Numbered from the stretch's first letter, positions 30,634-42,276 are shown. The stretch: DNA of 64,000 nt from an uncultured Acidobacteriota bacterium (GCA_963755695.1 CAVWLB010000010.1:1196328-1260327), one strand, 5' to 3'. A program made the numbers and translations. The notes: a model not told the origin generated them from the sequence alone.

Positions 30634-31705
30634 ATGATCACCCCGGTTCTCTGCCTCCTCCTCCTCACGCGTGCGCCGCAAACCATGCCGGAAGGACCGG
30701 CGCGCACCGGATGGGAAGCCGTCCAGCGCGGCGACGGCGAAAAGGCGGCTGTGGCCTTTCGCCAGGTGCTCGCGGACAATCCACGTGACCCCGGGGCGCT
30801 GGCGGGTTCCGCGATCGCGTCGCACCTCCTCGGGCGCGACGACCAGGCGATTGCTGCGCTGAAACGGGCGCTCGAGATCAAACCGGACTTTGCCTACGCG
30901 GCTTTCCTGCTGGGACAGTACGCCTATGCACAGGGGGACCTGGATCTCGCGATCAAGTCGTACGACCGCGGGTTGAAGATCGCGCCAGGCAGTCCGGAGC
31001 TCTACAAACAGCTCGAGGCGTGGAAGAAAGAGGCGGAGCTGCATGCCGGATTCACCAGCCGCCCCGGTGTCCGGTTCAACATCCTGTTTGAGGGGCCAGA
31101 GCAGCAGGCCATTGCGACGCGCGTCTCGAATGTGCTCGAAGCGGCGTATGCAAACGTGGGTGGCTCGCTCGGCGTGTATCCGCCGGAAACGATCACCGTG
31201 ATTCTGTATTCACGCGAGCAGTTCCACGACGTGACCAAGTCGCCCAGCTGGGCCGCCGGCGCGTACCGACGGACGGATCCGCATCCCGGTACTCGGATCG
31301 CTGCGTACGCCTGGCGAGCTCGATCGCGTCGTCACGCATGAGTACGTGCACGCCGCGCTTCAGAGTCTCGCCCCGCGCGGCTTGCCGTTCTGGTTGAACG
31401 AAGGGCTCGCGACCTACTTCGAGCCGGTCGAACACAGTTGGCTCGAGCAGCGGCTGCGTACGGCCAAGACCACGATTCCGATGAGCGATCTCGAACAGAG
31501 CTTTGGCCGGCTGGACGGTGCTGACGCGCTCCTCGCCTATGCGCAGGGCTTCAGCGCAGCCAGGTTGCTGGCCCAGCGGCTCGGCGGCAACTTCCCGGTC
31601 TTCCTGCAATACGTCGGTAACGGTACGTCGCTGGATCAGGCGCTGCTGCTATTCAACATCACTGACGCCGACGTCCAACGGGAGTGGCGCCGCCGAGCAC
31701 GGTAA
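30634..31705 (+). CDS. TPR-repeat protein with C-terminal peptidase-MA-like (HExxH) domain, frame broken once as sequenced (~31260-31270)
   Basis: ORF 30634..31341 ends in nonsense after ..SPSWAAGAY. The continuation DGRIRIPVLGSLRTPGELDRVVTHEYVHAAL.. joins ORF 31346..31705 (FWLNEGLATYFEP). Confidence 0.7.
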
Positions 31706-31715
31706 GACACAAGCA

Positions 31716-31749
31716 GTTAGCGGTGAACGGTTAAGGGTTCACCGCTAAC
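31716..31749 (+). terminator. 13-bp perfect stem-loop right after the stop at 31705
   Basis: gttagcggtgaac ggttaagg gttcaccgctaac; there is no U-tract. Confidence 0.45.
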
Positions 31750-31791
31750 AGCCAACGATCCCGACCCCGTTTCCCGTTCGTCCCGCACGTT

Positions 31792-32986
31792 TTGTTCCCC
31801 GGTCTGCCGGGACTATCATCGGACGCGGTGCCCGAGGTTCGTCGCGCGTTTTCCCGCATTGGTCTGCTGGCGCTAGCCGCGGCTTCGCTGCTGCTGTGCC
31901 TCACGCCGACCGCGCGTCGCGTTTCGCAGGGCCTTCCGCAGCGGCTCGACGACCACGAATTCTGGTCGATGGTATCGAATTTCTCGGAGCCCGGCGGGTT
32001 CTTCCGGTCGGACAATCTCGTATCGAACGAAACGACGTTCCAGCACGTGATTCCCGTACTGCAGCGCCAACTCGGCACGGCGAGCGCCTATCTCGGCGTT
32101 GGTCCCGACCAGAACTTCACCTACATCGTCGCGCTCAAACCGAAGATTGCATTCATCGTCGACATCAGGCGGCAGAACATGCTTCTGCACCTGATGTACA
32201 AGGCACTCATCGAGATGTCGCCGACGCGGGACGAGTTCCTGTCACGGCTGTTCTCACGCGAGCCGCCGTCCGAGCTCGACCCTTCGGTCACCGCCGAGGC
32301 GCTGTTTGGCGCCTTCGAGCACGCGCAGGGGGACGAGCAGGCCTTCGCGCGCAATCTGCACGACCTCGAAACCTGGCTGCAGGGCCACCATCGCTTCAGC
32401 CTTTCGAGCGGAGATCTTCGATCGATCGAGTACGTCTACCGATCGTTTTATTCGGCGGGACCGGAAATCCGGTATTCGTTCGGCCGCGGGCCGGGATGGG
32501 CGCCGTTTCCCAGCTATCGCGACCTGATGGTGGAAACCGACGGGGAAGGGGGCCATCGCAGCTACCTCGCGACCGAGGACCACTACCAGGCGCTGCGAAG
32601 TCTCGAACTGCGAAACCTGATTGTGCCGATCGTCGGAGATTTTTCCGGGCCGAAAGCGCTGCGCGACGTGGCCGCCTATCTTCGCGAACGTGGCGGGACC
32701 GTCACGGCGTTTTACACCTCGAACGTAGAGCAGGTACCTGTTCAGGGGAGACGAGTGGCAGCGGTTCTACGGCAACGTCGCGGCGCTCCCGATCGACGAT
32801 CGCAGCACGTTCATTCGCGCCTACTTCAACAATGCCGGACGCGGCGGCTACCAGTTCGCGCCACTGCCCTCCATTCCGCCGACCCCCCGTTCCGTCACGC
32901 TGCTCAATCCGATCACCCTGCTGCTGACGGCCGTCAGCGAGGGACGGGTTCAGCGCTATCTCGACGTGGTGGAGCTATCGAAGTAG
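31792..32986 (+). CDS. conserved hypothetical protein, frame broken once as sequenced (~32728-32745)
   Basis: The ORF reads sensibly to ..TAFYTSNVEQ. The sensible continuation YLFRGDEWQRFYGNVAALPIDDRSTFIRAYFNN..VELSK (stop ~32986) is in the +1 frame. Confidence 0.55.
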
Positions 32987-32996
32987 CTCGCACGTC

Positions 32997-33533
32997 TTAT
33001 TTCTTGAGCAGCTGCTCGAGTCTCGAGATCAACTCGGTCCAGCGGGCTTCTTCCGCCTGAGACTCCTGATCCGCTTCGGCCTCGCGGGCTCTGATCTGTT
33101 GTTCCTGCGCAGCCATCCGCTCCAGTTCCGCCTTCTGATCGCGAACCTGCTGCTCGAGCTGCTGTCGTTTCGCCGGATCCGCTTCCTGCGACAGCGCTGT
33201 TTCGAGGGCCGCGGCGTTTTGCGTCAGTTCGTGCCCGTTGGTGGTGATCGTCTCCAGCTCTCTCCTGACCGCGTCGAGACGCGTGGTTGCGTGCGTGACG
33301 CGGTTCTGCTGCAGGCTGAGATACAAGCCGAGAATCTGACCCTGTAGTTGGCTCTCCGCCGTTCGCTCGATGACAGCTCTCAGGCTTCGAACCTCGCCGG
33401 TCAGCTCCCTGATCGCCTTTGCGGTGTCGGCAGCCTGCGTCGACTCCTGCGCCCACAGCGGCGCGGCTGTCGCGAACAGGGTCAATACGGCGCATACAAT
33501 CATTCGAACGCTCGGACAGTTACCGCTGCGCAT
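32997..33533 (-). CDS. hypothetical exported coiled-coil protein
   Basis: ATG at 33533 is preceded by GGAGGA. Signal peptide (MIVCAVLTLFATAAPLWAQ region) and Q/E/R-rich heptad-like sequence. Confidence 0.6.
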   Translation of the reverse strand: MRSGNCPSVRMIVCAVLTLFATAAPLWAQESTQAADTAKAIRELTGEVRSLRAVIERTAESQLQGQILGLYLSLQQNRVTHATTRLDAVRRELETITTNGHELTQNAAALETALSQEADPAKRQQLEQQVRDQKAELERMAAQEQQIRAREAEADQESQAEEARWTELISRLEQLLKK

Positions 33534-33709
33534 CGTTCCTCCTTGACGCTGCCGATCGAGATTATCGCTGTTCACCTCGGTGACGCGACCGATTCCGGGC
33601 ACCACGACTCGGCACGAATCGCACCGCCACGATTTCACACATCATCGCCGAGAACCGCAGGAGCAACATCGGACCCCCACTCACCGGGTATCAATTCGGT
33701 CGGTTGAAA

Positions 33710-33715
33710 TAGAAT
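33710..33715 (+). promoter_or_regulatory. -10 box TAGAAT 6 nt upstream of the ATG at 33722 (leaderless-type)
   Basis: ggttgaaaTAGAATcctcacATG. Confidence 0.35.
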
Positions 33716-33721
33716 CCTCAC

Positions 33722-36628
33722 ATGAACAGGTCGTTCTCATATGCCGCCATCGCGGCCGTCTGCTGCGCGATGCTCGGCGCGCAGACACCATCCGGTACGG
33801 ACGGGATCAGTCCGGATTCATTCAGGGGCATCGAATTCCGCAGCCTCGGACCGAGCGTTACGACCGGACGAATCTCTGACGTCGACATCGATCCCGGGAA
33901 CCCCAACGTCTGGTACGTCGCATCTGCATCGGGAGGGCTCTGGAAAACCGAGAACCGCGGCAACACCTTCACGCCGATCTTCGACGAGTACGGCGCCTAC
34001 TCGCTCGGCTGCGTCGTTGTCGACCCACGGAACTCGAATGTCGTGTGGCTCGGCACCGGAGAGAACAACAACCAGCGTAGCGTTGGGTTCGGCGACGGCG
34101 TCTACAAGTCCACGGATGCGGGCAAGACCTGGAAGCGCATGGGGCTCGAGAACTCCGAGCACATCCAGAACATCGTGATCGACCCTCGCAATTCCAACGT
34201 CGTCTACGTCAGCGCGATTGGGCCGCTCTGGTCATCCGGTGGCGATCGCGGCGTCTATAAGACCACCGACGGTGGCGCGACGTGGAAGGCGGTATTGACG
34301 GTCAGCCCCGACACCGGCGTCACCGACATCGTCATCGATCCGAAGAAGCCTGATGTGCTGTATGCCGCAGCGCTGCAACGCCGCAGGGCCTTGGGTCAAC
34401 TCATCGGCGGCGGACCCGAGAGCGGCATCTACAAGACCACCAACGCAGGGAGCAAGTGGACCAGGCTGACGAAAGGACTCCCCACCGTCGAGATGGGCCG
34501 TGTCGGCATGGCGCTCAATCCGAAGAACCCGAACACGATCTACGCCCTCGTGACCGCGCAGAAAGATCAAGGGGGCTTCTTCCGGTCGGACGACGCGGGA
34601 GCGAGCTGGACGCGAATCGGCAGACAGATCGGCGGGCGCGGCGGACCTGGCGCTGCCGAGGACGCGGCGCAAGGGCGGGGAAACACGCAAGCGAGCGCCG
34701 AGGAGTGGTATCGCGGCGGCGACCCTGGCTACTACAACGAGATCGTCGTCGATCCGAACAATCCTGAGATCATCTATTCGCCGCAGACCAACATGTGGCG
34801 GAGCGAGGACGGCGGCAAGACCTGGCGCTCGGTGCCGATGCCGGGCGTGCACGTCGACTTCCACGAGATCCTCTGGGATCCGAGCGATCTGCGTCACGTG
34901 CTGATTGGCAACGACGGCGGCCTCTATGAAACCTACGACAGCATGAAGAGCTGGCGCCATTTCACGAACCTGCCATTATCGCAGTTCTACCGGATCTCGA
35001 CCGACAGCGCGCGGCCGTTCTACCACGTATGCGGCGGCTCGCAGGACAACGGATCGGTCTGCGGGCCGTCGCGAACGCTCAATCGAGCCGGCATTCGCAC
35101 CAGCGACTGGTACAGCGTCGGCGGCGGCGACGGCTTCCAGGTGCGCGTCGATCCCGAAGATCCGAACATCGTCTATGCACAAACGCAGGAGGGAAATCTG
35201 TCGCGTCTCGATCTTCGCACCGGGCAGAGCGTGAACGTTCGGCCGCGCACCAGCAACGTGTTCGGCATGAGCCAGGCGGACATCGACGCGGAAACGCGGG
35301 CGAATCGTCGGCCCGGGCAGGACGAAGGTGAACCACAAGAAGGGTCGTCCGGACGGGGAGGCGGGGGGCAGGGGAGCGGCGGGGGACGCGGCGGAGTGCT
35401 CGGACGATGGCACTGGGACGCGCCAGTGATCGTCAGCCCACACTCGGCGCGGCGCCTGTATTTCGGCGGCGATCGTGTCTATCGCAGCGACGACCGCGGC
35501 GACAGCTGGACGGTCGTCAGCGCTGATCTGACACGCAGCCTCGATCCGCGAAAGATCGCGATTATGGGGAAGCTGTGGCCGTCCGACTCCGTGGCGTTCA
35601 ATCAGGCCACGACCAGGCTCAGCACCATCACGGCCCTCGACGAATCGTCGCTTGCCGAAGGATTGATCTACGTCGGTACCGACGATGGACTGGTGCAGGT
35701 GACGGAGGACGGCGGCAAGACATGGCGAAAGGCGAATCCGATACCGGGACTACCTGAGTTCAGCTACGTCACCGACCTCCAGCCCTCGGCGCGCGACGCC
35801 AACGTCGTGTTCGCAACGTTCAACAACTGGCAGCGCGGCGACTACAAACCCTACGTGATGAAGAGTGGCGATCGAGGGCAGACGTGGACCTCGATTGCCG
35901 GAGACCTGCCGCCGCGGTCCGGAGTGTGGTCGATCGTGCAGGATCCGGTGAATGACAATCTGCTGTTTGCCGGGCTCGAGTTCGGCGTCTACCTGACGCT
36001 TGACGGTGGCAGCCACTGGATTCCGCTCGAGGGCGGGATTCCCACGATTCAGGCACGCGACCTCACGATTCAGCGCCGCGAGGAAGATCTCGTGGTCGGC
36101 ACGTTTGGCCGGGGCGTCTATATTCTCGACGACTACACCGCGCTGCGCGAGGTGACTCCTCTGACGATGCGCGAAGAGGCGTGGCTGTTCCCGCTTCGCG
36201 ATCCGTACCAATACAACGAGCTGACCCAGGTCGGTGCGGCGTGGGGAGACATCGCAACGCCGAATCCGCCGTACGGGGCGCTTTTCACCTATCACGTCGG
36301 GCGCGCGCCCGAGGGCGACACGAAGCTGGCGCTGAAGATCAGCGACGAAGCCGGCAAGGAAATTCGTCGCATCACATTGCCATCGGAACCGGGCTTGCAC
36401 CGCGCCGCGTGGGACCTCCGTGGCGAACCGCCTGCGCTCCAGAGTGGGCGCGGCGGACGTGGAGAGGGAAGCGACCAGGAGAGCGCTCCTCAGTTCGGTC
36501 GCGGCCGACAAGGTGGCCCAATCGTGTCGCCGGGCCGCTATCGTGCGTCGATCGGAAAGGTGGCAGGCGAGAATTTCACCGCAATCGGCGAGTCGGTATC
36601 GTTCGCGGTGGTTCCGCTGCCGCGATGA
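33722..36628 (+). CDS. BNR/Asp-box repeat protein (VPS10/sortilin-like glycosyl-hydrolase-like)
   Basis: 968-aa ORF with many S/T-x-D-x-G-x-T-W motifs (STDAGKTW, TTDGGATW, SDDAGASW, SEDGGKTW, TEDGGKTW, SGDRGQTW). Confidence 0.8.
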   Translation: MNRSFSYAAIAAVCCAMLGAQTPSGTDGISPDSFRGIEFRSLGPSVTTGRISDVDIDPGNPNVWYVASASGGLWKTENRGNTFTPIFDEYGAYSLGCVVVDPRNSNVVWLGTGENNNQRSVGFGDGVYKSTDAGKTWKRMGLENSEHIQNIVIDPRNSNVVYVSAIGPLWSSGGDRGVYKTTDGGATWKAVLTVSPDTGVTDIVIDPKKPDVLYAAALQRRRALGQLIGGGPESGIYKTTNAGSKWTRLTKGLPTVEMGRVGMALNPKNPNTIYALVTAQKDQGGFFRSDDAGASWTRIGRQIGGRGGPGAAEDAAQGRGNTQASAEEWYRGGDPGYYNEIVVDPNNPEIIYSPQTNMWRSEDGGKTWRSVPMPGVHVDFHEILWDPSDLRHVLIGNDGGLYETYDSMKSWRHFTNLPLSQFYRISTDSARPFYHVCGGSQDNGSVCGPSRTLNRAGIRTSDWYSVGGGDGFQVRVDPEDPNIVYAQTQEGNLSRLDLRTGQSVNVRPRTSNVFGMSQADIDAETRANRRPGQDEGEPQEGSSGRGGGGQGSGGGRGGVLGRWHWDAPVIVSPHSARRLYFGGDRVYRSDDRGDSWTVVSADLTRSLDPRKIAIMGKLWPSDSVAFNQATTRLSTITALDESSLAEGLIYVGTDDGLVQVTEDGGKTWRKANPIPGLPEFSYVTDLQPSARDANVVFATFNNWQRGDYKPYVMKSGDRGQTWTSIAGDLPPRSGVWSIVQDPVNDNLLFAGLEFGVYLTLDGGSHWIPLEGGIPTIQARDLTIQRREEDLVVGTFGRGVYILDDYTALREVTPLTMREEAWLFPLRDPYQYNELTQVGAAWGDIATPNPPYGALFTYHVGRAPEGDTKLALKISDEAGKEIRRITLPSEPGLHRAAWDLRGEPPALQSGRGGRGEGSDQESAPQFGRGRQGGPIVSPGRYRASIGKVAGENFTAIGESVSFAVVPLPR

Positions 36629-36629
36629 C

Positions 36630-36745
36630 TCGTGGCTCAAGGCTTAGCCTCATGGCCGAGGCTGGCTTACGGCTCATGGGCTCAATGGCATTGAGCGGCC
36701 TGGCCTTGAGCCGGCCTGCGTCCTAAGCCTCGAGCCCTGAGCCTA
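36630..36745. repeat. GCTCAAGG/GCTCATGG-type arrays with complementary units (imperfect hairpin)
   Basis: ggctcaaggcttagcctcatggccgaggctggcttacggctcatgggctcaatgg..ccttgagccggcctgcgtcctaagcctcgagccctgagcc. Confidence 0.7.
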
Positions 36746-39184
36746 TTTCACCTTCCATTCCTGTACACCCGCAGAGACCTCGGGCTGCATGGTCAGCTCC
36801 AATCTAAGCACCGAGGTCGTGACCGGCTTGAAGCGAACGGTGTTGTAGCGGTCCTTCGCGACACCGTATTCGCCGGTTGTCTCGACCGGCTTCCACTGCT
36901 CGCCATCTTTGTAGAGCAACCGCCAGCTTTTCGGCACGCGTACGCCGCCTTGGCCGGTGTCATCGAACCAGTAAACGTCGGCCTGCGACACCGTCGCGGG
37001 CTTTGCGAACCTCATCTCGATCCACTCGTCGCTCCCGTTCTTCGGCCACCAGTCGAAATACGAGGTGGGATCGTCGGAGGACGACGGATCTTCGCCGTCG
37101 ACGGCATTGCGAATGTTCTTCTCGCTCGGCGAATTCGTCAGCGTGCTGGCCGTCGCGAGGGTGGGGTAAGGAGTTGGTTTCGCCGCCGCGTCGGTCCGCG
37201 CAAGCCAGACGGCCATCTGCCCACGTCCGCGATTCGCCCAGGTGGCATAGGGAATGGCCAGAAATGGCTGCTCGGTTCTGGTGACGGTCCCGTTCGCCTG
37301 CAAGGCAAGGCCGACGGCGCGACCCTTGATCACCTCGACGCCGTTCAGGAGATCCGGCCGGAACTCCGGAGTCAGGCTGTTGGCATCCGACAGCACGATG
37401 TTCCGCACCTTGCCGTTTGGATTGTCGGGCCACTCCGCCGCGTAGACGATCGGACCGCGTTGCAACGCGACCCGGTTGCGATCCGCGTCGACCCGGTCGT
37501 CCGCGACGATGCGCCTGACCGGCATCGGCAGGTTCAGCTCGATCGCGTCGCCGGCCGTCCACGTGCGATTGATGGCGACGTAGCCGTTTTCGATCTTCAT
37601 CGGCACGTCGTGCCCCTGGACTTTCAGCGACGGCTGGGCCGGTGCCTTGTCCATGAATCGATAGAGACTGCCCGGCACGGGTTCGTCGCGGGCCCAGCCC
37701 GGAATGCGAACGTTGACGGTGAAGGCGCGCGCCTGGTCAGGCGTCAACGTCATCCGAACCGCGCCGTCCCACGGATAGCGAGTCTGCTGTGCGATCTTGA
37801 CCTTGCCGCCCGCAAGGTCCGCGTCGGCGCTGCCAGCCGCGAAGAGGTTCACGAACAGCACGTCGCCGCGCTTGGCGTAGATGTAGCCGGGCACTGACGC
37901 CATGAAACGCGTGATGTTGCCGGGGCAGCATGCGACTCCGAACCACTGCTGTCGCGCGTGCTGGCCGTTCGACTCCAGCGGGTTCGGATAGAAGAAGGTG
38001 TCCCCCTTGAGCGAGACGCCGGAAATGAGGCCGTTGTAGAGAGTGCGCTCCATCACGTCGACGTATTTCGCATCGCCGTGGAGCAGGAACTGACGATGAT
38101 TCCAGTAATCCATCCCGACGGATGCGCAGGTCTCGTTGTATGCGGTCATGTTCGGCAATTCGTATTCGCGCCCGAATCCTTCGTGCCCGCCCGCCGCACC
38201 GATACCACCCGTGAGGTATAGCTTGGTGTGCACCAGGTTCTCCCAGATCCGGTCCCCCGCCGCGCGCATCTTGTCGTCGGCTTCAAGCGCCGCCACGTCC
38301 GCCATGCCTGAGTACATGTACATGGCACGAACCGCATGGCCGACGGGTTCGGTCTGGTCGATCACCTTGAGCTGTGCCTGGTTGTAGTCGAGACCGCGCG
38401 GATTGACCTTTTCACCCGGAGGAATCTTGTCCGGCCCCCGCTCGTCGAGCATGAATTTCGCGAGCGCCAGGTACTGTTCGTTGCCGGTGACCCTGTAGAG
38501 CTTGACCAGTGCCATCTCGGTGATCTGGTGGCCGGGCCAGATCGATCGCTTGCCCGGTCCGAACGTCCGGGTGAGGAGATCTGCTTCGCGAATCGCAACC
38601 GTGAGCAACGTCTTCTTTCCGGTTGCCTGATAGTGCGCGACCGCGGCCTCGATCAGATGCCCGGCGTCGTACAGCTCGTGGCTGTCGTCGCGCTCGTTCA
38701 CCCACCGCTCGGCGCCCGCCCAGCGGTGCGGATTCTTCGGATCGATCGTGCGGGTCGTGTAAATGTAGCCATCCGGTTCCTGCGCGGCGGCGATCTTCGC
38801 AATCATGCCGTCGACATAGGCGTCGAGCTTGGGATCCGGCTGCACGCTCAGCACATAGGCAGCCCCTTCGATCACCTTGTACAGGTCGGTGTCGTCGAAC
38901 GGATACCCCGGCGCCTTGGTGTCGTGCGGCTCGCCGCGGAGAGCCTGCGCTGCCCGCTCGAAATTGTTCACGCGTCCGCTCAGCTCGCATTGCTGGAAGG
39001 CGGCAGGAATCGTGACTTTCCGGTTCGTCTCGATTCGCGGCGCCCAGAACTCGTCGTCGAGATGTACGGCGGTAAACGGAATCGGCTGAACCGGATAGTC
39101 GTGCGTTGGCTTTTGCGCCCGTGCGGCAAGAGCAGCCAGCGCCATAGTCGAAAGAGTGAGAGCGAGGGTAACCAGTCTGGCCAT
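36743..39184 (-). CDS. glycoside hydrolase family 127 (beta-L-arabinofuranosidase-like) with C-terminal discoidin-like domain
   Basis: 813-aa intact ORF. DUF1680/GH127 core (..DDSHELYDAGHLIEAAVAHY..) with a C-terminal carbohydrate-binding-like tail. Confidence 0.85.
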   Translation of the reverse strand: MARLVTLALTLSTMALAALAARAQKPTHDYPVQPIPFTAVHLDDEFWAPRIETNRKVTIPAAFQQCELSGRVNNFERAAQALRGEPHDTKAPGYPFDDTDLYKVIEGAAYVLSVQPDPKLDAYVDGMIAKIAAAQEPDGYIYTTRTIDPKNPHRWAGAERWVNERDDSHELYDAGHLIEAAVAHYQATGKKTLLTVAIREADLLTRTFGPGKRSIWPGHQITEMALVKLYRVTGNEQYLALAKFMLDERGPDKIPPGEKVNPRGLDYNQAQLKVIDQTEPVGHAVRAMYMYSGMADVAALEADDKMRAAGDRIWENLVHTKLYLTGGIGAAGGHEGFGREYELPNMTAYNETCASVGMDYWNHRQFLLHGDAKYVDVMERTLYNGLISGVSLKGDTFFYPNPLESNGQHARQQWFGVACCPGNITRFMASVPGYIYAKRGDVLFVNLFAAGSADADLAGGKVKIAQQTRYPWDGAVRMTLTPDQARAFTVNVRIPGWARDEPVPGSLYRFMDKAPAQPSLKVQGHDVPMKIENGYVAINRTWTAGDAIELNLPMPVRRIVADDRVDADRNRVALQRGPIVYAAEWPDNPNGKVRNIVLSDANSLTPEFRPDLLNGVEVIKGRAVGLALQANGTVTRTEQPFLAIPYATWANRGRGQMAVWLARTDAAAKPTPYPTLATASTLTNSPSEKNIRNAVDGEDPSSSDDPTSYFDWWPKNGSDEWIEMRFAKPATVSQADVYWFDDTGQGGVRVPKSWRLLYKDGEQWKPVETTGEYGVAKDRYNTVRFKPVTTSVLRLELTMQPEVSAGVQEWKVK

Positions 39185-39192
39185 AGCGGCGC

Positions 39193-39198
39193 ATGATA
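39193..39198 (-). promoter_or_regulatory. -10 box TATCAT 8 nt upstream of the ATG at 39184 (leaderless-type)
   Basis: Minus strand reads cggTATCATgcgccgctATG. The divergent spacer to araB is only 26 nt. Confidence 0.3.
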
Positions 39199-39210
39199 CC
39201 GTGATAGGCC

Positions 39211-40925
39211 ATGCCTCGCACAGGATTCACCATCGGCGTCGACTACGGCACGAACTCCGTCCGCGCGGTCGTCGTCGATTGCACCGACGGGCGCGTCGCT
39301 CGGCACGCGCGTCTTCGACTATCCGAGCGGCGATCAGGGCGTGCTGCTCGACCCGAAGCAGCCGCACCTGGCGCGGCAGAATCCGGCCGACTACATCGAC
39401 GGACTGCGCGCGTCGGTCGCGCGGCGCGCTGGCGGAAGCGGAGCGCGATCCGGCGTTTCTCACGCGATCGCGTCATCGGCATCGGCGTCGACACGACCGG
39501 CTCGACGCCGCTGCCGATCGACGCGCAAGGCGCGGCCGCTGGCGCTCGATCCGCGGTGGAAGAACAACCTCGCGGCGCACGCGTGGCTGTGGAAGGACCA
39601 CACCTCCGCCGCCGAGGCTGCGCGCGATCACCGAGACCGCGGCCGCAGCACGCGCCGGAACTGCTCGCGCCGATCGGCGGCACCTATTCGTCGGAGTGGT
39701 GGTGGTCGAAGATCTGGCACTGCCTGAAGGTCGCGCCGGACGTCTTCGACGCGGCGGCGAGCTGGGTGGAGCTGGCCGACTTCGTTCCGGCCGTCCTCGC
39801 CGGCGTCGACGACCTCGCGACGATCGTCCGCTGCGTCTGCGCCGCCGGCCACAAGGCGATGTACTCCGACGCCTGGGGCGGCCTGCCGCCGAAGGCGTTT
39901 CTCGCGCGGCTCGATCCGAAGCTCGCCGAGCTGCGCGATCGGCTCTACGACAAGGCGCTGGCCGCCGGGCCGTCCCGCGGGGCAGCTCTGCAGCCGAGTG
40001 GGCCACGACGCTCGGCCTGCGCGCCGGGCATCGCGATCGCGATGGGCGGCTTCGACGCGCACTACGGCGCCGTCGGCTCCGGCGTCACGACCGGCACGCT
40101 GGTGAAGATCATCGGCACCTCGACGTGCGACTGCGCGATCGCGCCGGTCGGCCGACGAGATCGCCGACATCCCCGGCATCTGCGGCATCGTCAACGGCTC
40201 GATCATGCCGGCTACTTCGGCATCGAGGCGGGGCAGTCGGCGGTCGGCGACATCCTGAAGTGGTGGGTCGAAGGCGTGTGCGGGGGCGGCGACGCGCTGC
40301 ACGCGCGAGCTGTCCGCGCGAGGCGGCGACGCTCGCGCCCGGCGAATCGGGGCTGGTCGCGCTCGACTGGAACAACGGCAACCGCACCATCCTCGTCGAT
40401 CACGCGGCTGACCGGACTGCTCGTCGGCCAGACGCTGCACACGACCCGCGCCGAGATCTATCGCGCGCTGATCGAAGCGACCGCCTTCGGCGCGCGCGCC
40501 ATCATCGAGCGCATGCGCGAGTACGGCGTGCCGATCGATCGCGTCGTCTGCTGCGGCGGCATCGCCGAGAAGAACGACCTGTTCATGCAGATCTACGCCG
40601 ACGTCATCGGCCAGCCGATGCTGATCGCCGGCTCGCCGCAGACGCCGGCGCTCGGCGCCGCCGTTTCCGCCGCGGTCACGGCCGGCGCCGCCGCCGGCGG
40701 CTACGACGACTGGACCGAGGCGCAGGAGCGCATGACGACGCTGAAGGAGAAGCGGTTCGAGCCCGATCCCGACGCGCGCGCCGGTCTACGACGAGCTGTA
40801 CGGCATCTACCGCGAGCTGCACGACGCCTTCGGCGGCGTGGCAGCGGAGCGCGGGCCGGACCTCGGGATCGGTGATGAAGCGGCTGCTGGCGATCAAGGA
40901 ACGCGCCGTGCGGTGTCCGGCATGA
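39211..40925 (+). pseudogene. araB: ribulokinase, reading frame broken ~16 times as sequenced
   Basis: Ribulokinase segments are recovered only by hopping among the three forward frames. Segments: FTIGVDYGTNSVRAVVVD / LGTRVFDYPSGDQGVLLDPKQPHLARQNPADYIDGLRASV / RVIGIGVDTTGSTPLPID / RPLALDPRWKNNLAAHAWLWKDHTS / GGTYSSEWWWSKIWH / GLVALDWNNGNRTILVD / CCGGIAEKNDLFMQIYADV / PVYDELYGIYRELHDAFGG. Confidence 0.85.
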
Positions 40926-41631
40926 TTGCGCGCCGAGCTGCGCGAGATCGTGTATCAGCGCCAACCGTGCAGCTGGCCGGGACGCGGGCTGGTCATGGGG
41001 ACGTTCGGCAACGTGTCGGCCGTCGATCGCGCCGCCGGCGTGTTCGTCGATCAAGCCGAGCGGCGTGCCCTACGAGCAGCTGACGCCGGAGCACATGGTG
41101 CCGGTCTCGCTCGAGACGGGCGAGGTCGTCGACGGCACGCTGCGCCCCTCGTCCGACACGCCGACGCACCTCGAGCTGTATCGCGCGTTCGACTGTCGGC
41201 GGCATCGTCCACACGCATTCGGAGTACGCCACGGTGTTCGCGCAGGCGCGGCCGCCGATCCGCTGCATGGGAACGACGCACGCGGACTATTTCCGGGGCG
41301 ACGTGCCGGTGACGCGGCCGATGCACGCGAGCGAAGTCGAGCACGACTACGAGAAGAACACCGGCCTGGTGATCGTCGAGACGCTTCGCCGCCAGCGGCT
41401 GTCGCGCCGACGAGATGCCGGCGGTGCTGGTCGCCAACCACGGCCCGTTCACCTGGGGAGCGGATGCGTGCGACGGCCATCGAGCACGCCGCAGGTCCTC
41501 GAGTACCTCGCGCGCCTCGAGTGGCGCGTGCGGGCGCTCGCAGCCGAGGCGCCCGCGCCGGACGCATTTCCTGGTCGACAAGCACTACCTGCGCAAGCAC
41601 GGTCCCGGCGGCGTACTACGGACAGAAATGA
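40926..41631 (+). pseudogene. araD: L-ribulose-5-phosphate 4-epimerase, multiply frame-broken as sequenced
   Basis: Segments [15 protein letters not shown] / [47 protein letters not shown] / [15 protein letters not shown] / [15 protein letters not shown] / [11 protein letters not shown] / AYYGQK are spread over three frames. Confidence 0.85.
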
Positions 41632-42276
41632 CTCGCGCCGTGTTGTGGGATCTCGACGGCACGCTGGTCGACTCCGAGGAGTTCCACTGGCAGTCCTGGC
41701 GAGCACGTGCTCGGCGCCGAAGGCGTGCGGGTGACCTGCGAGCAGTTCAAGGCGAGCTTCGGTCAGCGGAACGATCGGATCCTGCGCGGCTGGCTCGGCG
41801 CCGAATCCACCGACGAGCGCATCGCCCGCATCGCGGAAGCCAAGGAAGCCGAATACCGCCGGCTCGCGGAAGTGCACGGTCTGACGCCGCTGCCGGGCGC
41901 CGCGGAATGGCTGGTGCGTCTTCAGGCTGAGGGCTGGAAGCAGGCGATCGCCTCCTCGGCGCCGCGACAAAACGTCGAAGTGATGCTGCGGGCGCTGCAT
42001 CTCCAAGGATACTTCGACGCGATCGTCGCGTCCGAAGATGTCACGAAGGGGAAGCCGGATCCGCAGGTGTTCCTTGCCGCCGCGACGCGACTCGCCATTG
42101 CTGCCTCGCGCTGCATCGTCGTCGAAGACGCCGCGGCCGGGATCGAGGGAGCACAGCGCGCGGGGATGAAGTGCATCGGCGTCAGCCGAACGGCGCCGCT
42201 CGATGCCGACGTGTTCGTGAGGTCGCTCGACGATCTCTCCGCCGACGCCTTCGAACGGCTGCTCCAGACTCGCTGA
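41628..42276 (+). pseudogene. HAD-superfamily hydrolase (beta-phosphoglucomutase-like), frame broken near 41700
   Basis: [24 protein letters not shown] in one frame, then ..[42 protein letters not shown] in ORF 41707..42276. ATGA overlap with the araD stop. Confidence 0.8.

Noticed and set aside
39156-40925. Very long ORFs in the sugar locus taken at face value as single proteins: 39156..40925 (589 aa), 45015..46616 (533 aa), 42949..43929 (326 aa), 44281..45837 (518 aa)
   Set aside because: Each is a chimera of sensible segments and Arg-rich nonsense. ORF 42949..43929, for example, fuses permease sequence to the substrate-binding protein N-terminus. They stay open only because of GC content.
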